DNA from: Amoebidium appalachense
Taxonomy: Eukaryota; Protista; Ichthyosporea
Direction: 5' to 3'
DNA length: 31,138 nt
Assembly (NCBI GenBank): GCA_963693365.1
Contig: CAVNZM010000045.1
Location: 1-31,138, forward strand
Shown piece by piece: positions 23,678 through 31,138 of the stretch. The notes under the pieces are model-generated. The model was not told where the DNA came from. It did no database searches and saw only the letters and a list, made by a program, of their open reading frames with translations. Numbering within the stretch: the stretch's first letter is position 1; every line of letters starts with the position of its first letter. Both the position numbers and the translations under genes were made by a program.

Positions 23678-24655
23678 TGTTGGAGTGCAGACTTACGCTC
23701 ACTCCACAATATGTGTATGTTAGCTTTACAATTGGTTCCGTGTACACAGACACACGCTGACACTCGATCACCACATGCACATCTGCATAGTTGAGGAATG
23801 TTGCCAATTGTGTTTTGACTGCAAACGATTGGTTCACTGGTCCCAGAGATCTCTAAATGAAAGTAACCAATCCGATTAGCGCCTGGCATCCGGATTACAT
23901 TCCAGACTGCTGCCCCACGGGTATATAAACCACGGCTCTGCCAGGTGCAGAAATGGAGTTCAGTCATGGAGTTAACACACTGAAAGCAGTAAAAAAACGG
24001 GTCAGCGCCCAAGCGCGCCACGACGACCCTAGTCACAGCGGACTCTACTTCCAACAGGGTTATGGGCCCAGACACGACACCGCGGCCTCTAACTTCATTA
24101 GAGACTTTCGCTTCCACAAACTCCATCCGCAGCAGCCTGCGACATCAACGTCAAGTATTCCACTTCATTGGCGGGGCACGCACCACAGTGGAATGCACAC
24201 CCCGGTCTACCCTGCAAGCAGCCACACTCACTCTCTCTTCTCTAGTGGTGTGTACACTTCTCCAATTGGGTAGGGGTGTTGGAGTGCAGACTTACGCTCA
24301 CTCCACAATATGTGTATGTTAGCTTTACAATTGGTTCCGTGTACACAGACACACGCTGACACTCGATCACCACATGCACATCTGCATAGTTGAGGAATGT
24401 TGCCAATTGTGTTTTGACTGCAAACGATTGGTTCACTGGTCCCAGAGATCTCTAAATGAAAGTAACCAATCCGATTAGCGCCTGGCATACGGATTACATT
24501 CCAGACTGCTGCCCCACGGGTATATAAACCACGGCTCTGCCAGGTGCAGAAATGGAGTTCAGTCATGGAGTTAACACACTGAAAGCAGTAAAAAAACGGG
24601 TCAGCGCCCAAGCGCGCCACGACGACCCTAGTCACAGCGGACTCTACTTCCAACA
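23678..24655 (+). mobile_element. Complete TRIM (non-autonomous miniature LTR retrotransposon), 978 bp
   Basis: Two 379-bp LTRs (23678-24056, 24277-24655; TGTTGGA..TCCAACA; one mismatch seen), a 220-bp internal domain, PBS at 24057 and PPT gggtagggg at 24268-24276. Confidence 0.93.
24057..24071 (+). promoter_or_regulatory. Primer-binding site GGGTTATGGGCCCAG (complementary to the initiator tRNA-Met anticodon arm; half-tRNA priming)
   Basis: Directly follows the 5' LTR. Same PBS type as Drosophila copia, Ty5 and Osser. Confidence 0.88.
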
Positions 24656-25355
24656 ACACGTAGTTGCACAGTCGGATGCAACTCTCTCCCCCCCCTGAAG
24701 TATGAGGGCGCAGTTGGTTGATGACGGGTGCTCAGCACATGTTGAGCATCCCCACGGCCTTGGTGAAGAAAGAGGCAGACAGGGCCTTGGTGAACATGTC
24801 GGCCTTGTTGTCAGCAGAAGCCACCGGGACCACAGTGATGTTGCCCAGCAGGTGATGTTCCTTGACGGAGCAGTAGCGGACGTCGATGTGCTTGGTCTTG
24901 GGCTTAACCCCCAGGGTGTCCAGCAGGGCCCGGGCAGACTCATTGTCCCCATGGATGGGCACCGGGGTGGGCTCATCGATAGGATTAAGGCCCAGGTCGT
25001 CCATCACATAGTTGAGCCATATGGCCTCGTTCGTAGCAGCAGACATGGCCACAAATTCAGCCTCAGTGGAGCTGTGGGTGGTGATGGACTGGAGCCGAGA
25101 CACCCAGGACACAGGGGAGGAGTTGATGAAGAAGACATAGCCCGTGGTGGAGCGCCGGGTGTCGCGGTCCTCGGCGTAGTCGGAGTCGGAGTAGCCAACA
25201 AGGGTGGGGGGGCCGGGACGGTAGACAATACCCAGGTCGATGGTGGCCAGCAGGTAGCTTACAACTCTGGTAGCCATAGTCCAGTGGGTGACGGTGGGCG
25301 CATGAATGTGTCGAGTAAGGACTCCCAGAGCCTGGGAAATGTCGGGGCGGGTGGT
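24656..25355 (-). mobile_element. Ty1/copia element X fragment: end of RT + RNase H (stop at 24732) + 3' PPT-like tract
   Basis: TRPDIS.A..HW..YL..T..LGI.Y; GYSDSDYA..RRSTTGY..SSTEAEFVA..DNESA..KTKHIDVRY..ADMFTKAL. Confidence 0.93.
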
Positions 25356-25520
25356 ATGAACTCAAACATAACACAAACTGAGAAGATCTTACCATATGTA
25401 AATATAACGTGTTACAACATCCCCACTTAAGACTTTGAAGTTTGTGTTATCATATCCCCACTGAACTAGTGAAATCTCCCCACTTGAGAACAGAAACGAA
25501 AAAAAAAAAATTAAAGTGTG

Positions 25521-25690
25521 AACTATTCCCGGGGGGGGGGGGGGGGGGGGGGAAGGGGGGGGGGGAAAGGGGGGGGGGGGAAGGGGGGGGGGGATGGGGG
25601 GGGGGGGGTGGGGGGGGAAGGGGGGGGAAAAAGGGGGGGGGGGGGAAGGGGGGGGGAATGGGGGGGGGGGGGGTGGGGGGAGGGAAGGAA
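25521..25690. repeat. Long G-rich low-complexity tract in the 3' UTR of copia Y
   Basis: Directly visible. Confidence 0.9.
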
Positions 25691-25905
25691 CCGGGGCAAA
25701 AACAACGAATATGTATAACGTTTATAGTCGGTGTTTGATTAACTGGGTTTTAAACCAGTGAAAGATAGAGTAGAGTCATGGTACAGGTCAAACCTTATAT
25801 AGAAACCCTAAGTGGGCATACCCACAAAGGCAATATACATATGATATAATGAATATGATAAAGTAAGTAGTAAACACTAGAAAATCACTCTTGAAGTAGG
25901 ACGGG

Positions 25906-28900
25906 TCAATCCACAATATCCGGCAAACAAAGTCGGGCACGATGAGTGACATGACTCGGCCCGGGTAGGGGTTTGGTGAGGATGTCGGCTAAGTTGTGGG
26001 CTGACTCAACGTAGTGGACAACCACATCCCCACTTGCAATGTAGTCCTTGGTGTTGTGATACCGGACGGCAATGTGTTTGGTACGGTGCTTGATGCCGGT
26101 GGAGTTGACGATGGCAATGGTCGACTGGTTGTCACAGTACACCGGAGTCGGGGCAAGCATGGGGCAGCCGAGTTCCTTGAAGAGGTCACGGACCCAAGCA
26201 ACTTCTTGGGTGCCAGCATTGAGAGCAATCAGCTCAGCTTCAGTGGTGCTGGTGGCCGTGATGGGCTGGAGCTTGGAGTACCAGATGATGGGCATACCAG
26301 CAAACTCGATGATGTAGCCGGTGGTAGACTTCTTGCTGTCGGCACAACCAGCAAAGTCAGCATCCGTGTAGCATTCGAGTATGGGAGGCTGGGTGGCCGA
26401 GTACTTGTAGTCAATGCCAAGGTCAATGGTGCCGAGCAGGTACCGGGCCACACGACGGAGAAGGTCCCAGTGAGTCTTGCCGGGGTTGGTGCTGAACCGA
26501 CCAAGGAAGCCGATGGCATAGGCGATGTCGGGACGTGTGCACCGTGCCACCCAGAGGAGACGGCCGAGTAACTCACGGTAGGGCACGGTGAACGGTTGGG
26601 GGGGGCAGTCAGCCAGGGAGACGGTGGTGCCTGCAGGGATGGGGGTAGACTTGAACTTGGCATCGGTGAGGTTGAAGTCGTGGATGATATCCATGATGTA
26701 AGACCTCTGGTGCATGTGGAGGTGATGGGGATCAGAGTGATTAAAATCAACACCGAGCATACGGTCAAATGGACTCATACGACAGCTGGCCATCTTGCTG
26801 ATGTGGGCAGCCAGGTCACTGGCAGCAGTAGAACCCCGGGTGTTGGTGATGGTGGAGTCGTCGACGTAGTTACCAGCCCGAACCACATCGTTGTTGGGGA
26901 AGAACCGGAGGTAGATGCACGGGTCTGTCTTAGTACGGGTCAGGCCATGGGCAAGAAGAATGCCGTCGAGGAAGTCGTACCAAGCCTTGGAGGCTTGCTT
27001 GAGGCCATACAGGGCTTTCTTGAGTCTCCAGACCTTCAGTTGCCAAGTGTGGCCATGGTGATGAATCCCGGGGGTTGTTTCATGTAGATGGTCTCGGAGA
27101 GTGGGCTGTTGAGAAAGGCCGTAGACACGTCGAGTTGATGGATGTCATGACCTTCAACAACGGCCAGAGCTAGGATAGCACGGAGAGCAGCCGGACGGAT
27201 GACAGGGCTCTCAATCAACTCATAGTCAACACCGTATTGCTGACTGAAGCCTTGAGCAACACCACGGGCCTTGATCTTGGTGTCACCAGCCGAGTTGAGA
27301 GTTTTCTCGGAGACAATCCACTTGAAGCCGACGATGTTAGCACCAGGGGGAGGGTCAACAAGTTCAAAGATGTCTTTGTCGACGAAGGCTTGATACTCAG
27401 CAGTGAGGGCTGACTTGACCTGGTCACCATTGGGTCCGGAACACAGTTGACGGACAAGTTTGGGTAGTTGGTCGATGTTGATGGGGGGACCGGGGGGGAC
27501 TGGCAGGGTGGTGGTGGCTTGAAGTCCAACCTTGCCCTGTAGACGGGCAGAACGACGGGGTGCAGGAACCGGGGGAGGTGGAGACGGGGGGGGGGGAACT
27601 TGGAAGTTCGGAATTGCAGGGGGGGCAACCTCCGGGCTGGACGGGGCCGAGTGGAAGTTGTCGGGGGAGCCGGGTCGGATGGGTGTGACGTTGCCAGGGG
27701 CAGGATGAGGGTCGGCAGGCTGGACGGGCACGGGGGCAGGGGGGCCGGTGGGGGGGGGGTGTCGGGGGAACGACGATGGCAGGAGGGGGGCCAGAGTACA
27801 CCACTGGCAGACAAACATCATCTTCAGTGTCAACTGTGGGGGGGGTGGGGTGGTCAAGGTAGCAGTGGTGTCGGGGGTCGGAAGTGTTGAGGGAATGTCG
27901 GACGGGAGATAAGCTGATTCGTCGAAAATCACATCACGGAAGAGGCCGACACGATGAGTGGTGGGGTTGAAGATCCGGTGGCAGTGTGATTGAAGATCAT
28001 AGCCGATATACATGCCGAGTTTGACGGTGGGGGCCAGCTTGTTCCGTTTAGAGGCTGGCACATGAGTGTAGGCAGGGCAACCGAACACTTTGAGCTCGGA
28101 GATGTCGGGCTTGACACCGTAGAAAACCTCGAATGGTGTACGACCATTGGCAGTCGTGGACGGGGTGACGTTGATGATGTAGGCGGCATGTTGGAGGGCC
28201 TCAGCCCACAGTTTGGGGGACAGAGACTGATCTGGGACTTGATGGAGGAGGCAACGAACAATCTCTTGGAGGAACCGCATACGACGTTCAACATAGCCGT
28301 TCAGTTGAGGGCAGTCCACCGGAGCATAGCTGGCCTTGATGCCCAGGGAGAGGCAAAAAGCACGGGTAGCCTTGGAGGTGAACTCAGAGCCGGAGTCGAA
28401 GTGGTAGACACCAACTTTGGAGGGGGCATGGGTAGCAACGAGGTTGGTGTGAGCTGTGAGAATGTCCAGGGTGTTTGTACGGTCGGCCATCGGGTAGATC
28501 TTGACGAGTCCAGAGGCACGGCAGACAGTGACGAGAGCAACCTTGGAACCTCCGTACGATGTTGTGGTAGGCTCAAAAAAATCCCAATGCCATTCATGAC
28601 CGGGGATGTTGGAGTGAGGACGGTCACCCTTGAACGGAGCCTTGGTGGTTTTACCCATAATGCAGCCATGACAATCAGGAACATCACAGTCGAGGACAGA
28701 CGAGGGGAGACCAATAACAAGGTCGTGTTTCACCATGTCCTTGATGCTGGTCATAGCACGGTGCCCCAGACGATGGTGCCAGATGGATGGGTTAACACTG
28801 GTGGTGGCAGCCAGAGCCACAGGACGAGTGGGTGGTTGAATGGTGTAGTCCTTGAAGTAATACAGACCGTTGTGTAGACGGAGGTTGACGAGATGACGGC

Positions 28901-30326
28901 CGGTGAGTCGGTCGAAGAGGAATGACGGAGTGGAGGCATCATTCAAATCACCCTTGATGTATTCGGCAGCAGCTTGGGATGTTGAAATGAGGAAGGCTTG
29001 GCCAGACGGGGTGTAGTAGGCTTCAATGGTAAGGGTGGCTGTGCCATGGTCGGTGGTGGTGTTGATGACGATATGGCCGGTGTGGGTGGCCAAGACGGGG
29101 GTGCCATTGAAGGCAGCAACGGGAGTCGGTGTCGGAAGAGGAGTGAGGTCATGGAAGAACTCACGGGTGGGGCAGACAGTCATGTTGCACCCAGAATCCC
29201 AGGCAGGGTCGGAGGACACGGGGACGGAGCTAGCATTGTATGCCGAGAAAGCAAAGGAGACAGATTTCTCACTGCCTTGACGGGAACGGTTGTGTCTGGA
29301 CATACGGCATTTCGGCTCGGGGCAATCGATGATCGTGTGATCAGGCTCGTGGCAGTAGGAGCATGCTTTCACGGACGGGTTGTTAGAACGAGCCGGGGAA
29401 TCAGAACGACGGGAACCCGAGAAACGGGAACGACTGGGGGAACGAGACGTGGACCGGAAGGCAGGCCGGTGGGGGGAACGGGATCGGGTGTGCTGACGGG
29501 AGAGACGAGTTCGGAGGTCCGTGCCAGGGGTACGGTCAAGTCGGTTGCGTAAGTCACGGCGAGGAAGATCACGGGGGGGAGCACTGGCATTTAATGCCAT
29601 GCTGGACTTGGAGGCACGGTGGGCACGGTTGCTCCGGAGTTGCATCTTGAGGTCTTGACGTAGCTCGATGCCCTTGACGTGGTTGTGGAGGGACTCGAAG
29701 TCGGGGAATATCTTATCACCGAAGTGATAGTCTTCGATAAGACGGTTGAACTCAGGGGTGAGGTCGTCTCTGGTGGTGAGTTCATTGAAGAACTTCTCAG
29801 CTAGACGAGTGAAGTGAATTGACTCATCTTGGAGGGACTGGAGCTGGTTCACGATGATCTGCAGACGACTCAGGTAGGTGGTGAATGATTCACCGGGCTG
29901 AAGGGCACAGGCATCCCACTGACGGTGAAGGATGCGGATCTGATCGGGTTTGCCTTGGAGGTAGTGTTGACGGAATTTCCACATGGCCCGTTCAGGGTCC
30001 ATACCAATACGGTACTGGGCAACGGTGGTGAGGACGGAAGGGTCGATGTTCTGAATCATATGGAGCAGGAGGCAATTGCGGGCCTCCTTGAGTTCCGCGG
30101 TAGTGCCGTAGCCGTAGAAGGGGGGTTCACCGTCAACCGCGACGGTAGTAGGGGGGACGTAGTTGTCAGCAAGTACAACATCCACGAGCCGGACACCTTT
30201 AGTGCCGGTCATCATGCCAAGAAAAATGATTTCCCATTGAAAATAGGTGGTTTTGCTATCGGGACCAGTCTTCCCTTCACCTTTCCACATGGTTATTTTG
30301 TTTACGCCAGTTTTGTTTGGATCCAT
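25906..30326 (-). CDS. Copia gag-pol polyprotein (Gag, CCHC knuckle, protease, integrase, RT, RNase H) with a frameshift near 27060
   Basis: CSYCHEPDHTIIDC; WDSGC; WHHRLGH..CHGC; WHWD..FDSGSEF..NGYVER; LKVFGCPAY; KARGVAQGFSQQYGVDY; QLDVSTAFLN. In the next frame: LKKALYGLKQA, YVDD, TRPDIAYA, YTDADFA, STTEAE, RTKHIAVRYH, ADILTKPL. The INT-RT-RH order is diagnostic of copia. Confidence 0.96.
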
Positions 30327-30375
30327 GATTGAAAAACGATCGCTAGTTCTAGATGTGTGTAGGGAGCGTGCAAAA

Positions 30376-30388
30376 GGGCTGCATAACC
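30376..30388 (-). promoter_or_regulatory. PBS of copia Y (GGTTATGCAGCCC, degenerate half-tRNAiMet type)
   Basis: Directly after the LTR terminal CA on the minus strand and ~50 bp before the gag ATG. Confidence 0.75.
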
Positions 30389-31138
30389 TGTTAAATTATA
30401 TAATTATTTGGGATGAAAGCAGAGACACAGTGGTGTAGTGTGAAAACACCACAGACACACACAACGACAAAGCACGAAACGATCGGAGCAGTGTACACAA
30501 CAGACATCAATGTTTAGACACGACTGAACTGAATTTATTCTGATCTTCGAATAAATACCTGAAATTCCTCTAAGTCCAATCCATACATGATTTCCGACCA
30601 GTCGGAAATCAGATCTATCTCTAATAGAAACCAATCACTAAGAACCAATTGCTTTCAGAGAGATCCGGTACGCGGAGACGTACACGATAGGACACAGACA
30701 CTAGTTAAGATCAACTCGTGTCATCATCAAGGAAGTTCTAACCTATGACATACTGCAAAGACTCAGACATATCACACTTAACCTTGATGATTGGTTAAAG
30801 CCCGGCAACACATGAAAACTAAAGTGAATTAATGAAGTCTAAACACACATGCTATTCTAAGTGTAGCCTAACTTAGTGTGTTACCGTCCAATGAACACGT
30901 ATTAAGTAACACAAATCTACCTAACATATATTAGTAGAAAAGAAATACGATTATACACACGAAGACAAGGAGAGAAAGAAAAGAAAATAAGGAAGGAGAA
31001 AGAGGAAGGAAAAGAGAGCACAGATCAACAAACAAGATAGTAATAGCATAACTATAACCAGAGATATTTATGTACACACGAACATGTACACGTCTCTCCC
31101 TGAGTGGGTGGATCCGTGTACACACATATAAATATTCT

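Larger units (their letters stand above)
25357..31138 (-). mobile_element. Near-complete Ty1/copia LTR retrotransposon Y (3' LTR truncated; 5' LTR probably runs off the window)
   Basis: LTR end ..TTAACA at 30389, PBS at 30376-30388, gag-pol, PPT TTAAGTGGGGA at 25420-25430, then TGTTGTAACA starting at 25419. Confidence 0.9.

Noticed and set aside
27036-27075. Programmed ribosomal frameshift in the copia polyprotein
   Set aside because: It lies inside RT rather than at the gag/pol boundary; more likely a mutation or sequencing indel.
26014-30332. Plus-strand ORFs of up to 295 aa
   Set aside because: Antisense shadows of the codon-biased copia gag-pol.

Overview
Eukaryotic, repeat-dense window with spliceosomal introns, (CA/TG)n and (GA)n microsatellites and long poly-C/poly-G runs. 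It is made almost entirely of mobile-element material; I see no intact housekeeping gene. (1) 1-10.5 kb: a ~6.94-kb-period direct duplication (1-3544 = 6935-10482) carrying a spliced minus-strand gene of the DUF6729-type putative DDE-transposase family. The gene seems to lack its central catalytic region, and its first intron is a GC-AG intron flanked by a perfect 9-bp direct repeat. (2) 11-20.6 kb: satellites, a clean two-exon plus-strand gene resembling an OB-fold ssDNA-binding protein, and a convergent truncated Helitron Rep fragment. (3) 20.8-21.6 kb: a promoter plus a truncated DIRS/Ngaro-like gag. (4) 21.6-25.4 kb: a concatemer of retrotransposon pieces with no target-site duplications (TSDs) at the junctions. 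It holds an 877-bp inverted pair of PPT+LTR arms, a captured 60S ribosomal protein L5 fragment fused in frame to a copia RNase H end, a complete 978-bp TRIM and a copia RT/RNase H fragment. (5) 25.4-31.1 kb: a nearly complete Ty1/copia element on the minus strand. Many frameshifts lie in homopolymer runs and may be assembly errors. Protein family calls come from remembered motifs, not database searches. The organism cannot be determined from the sequence.
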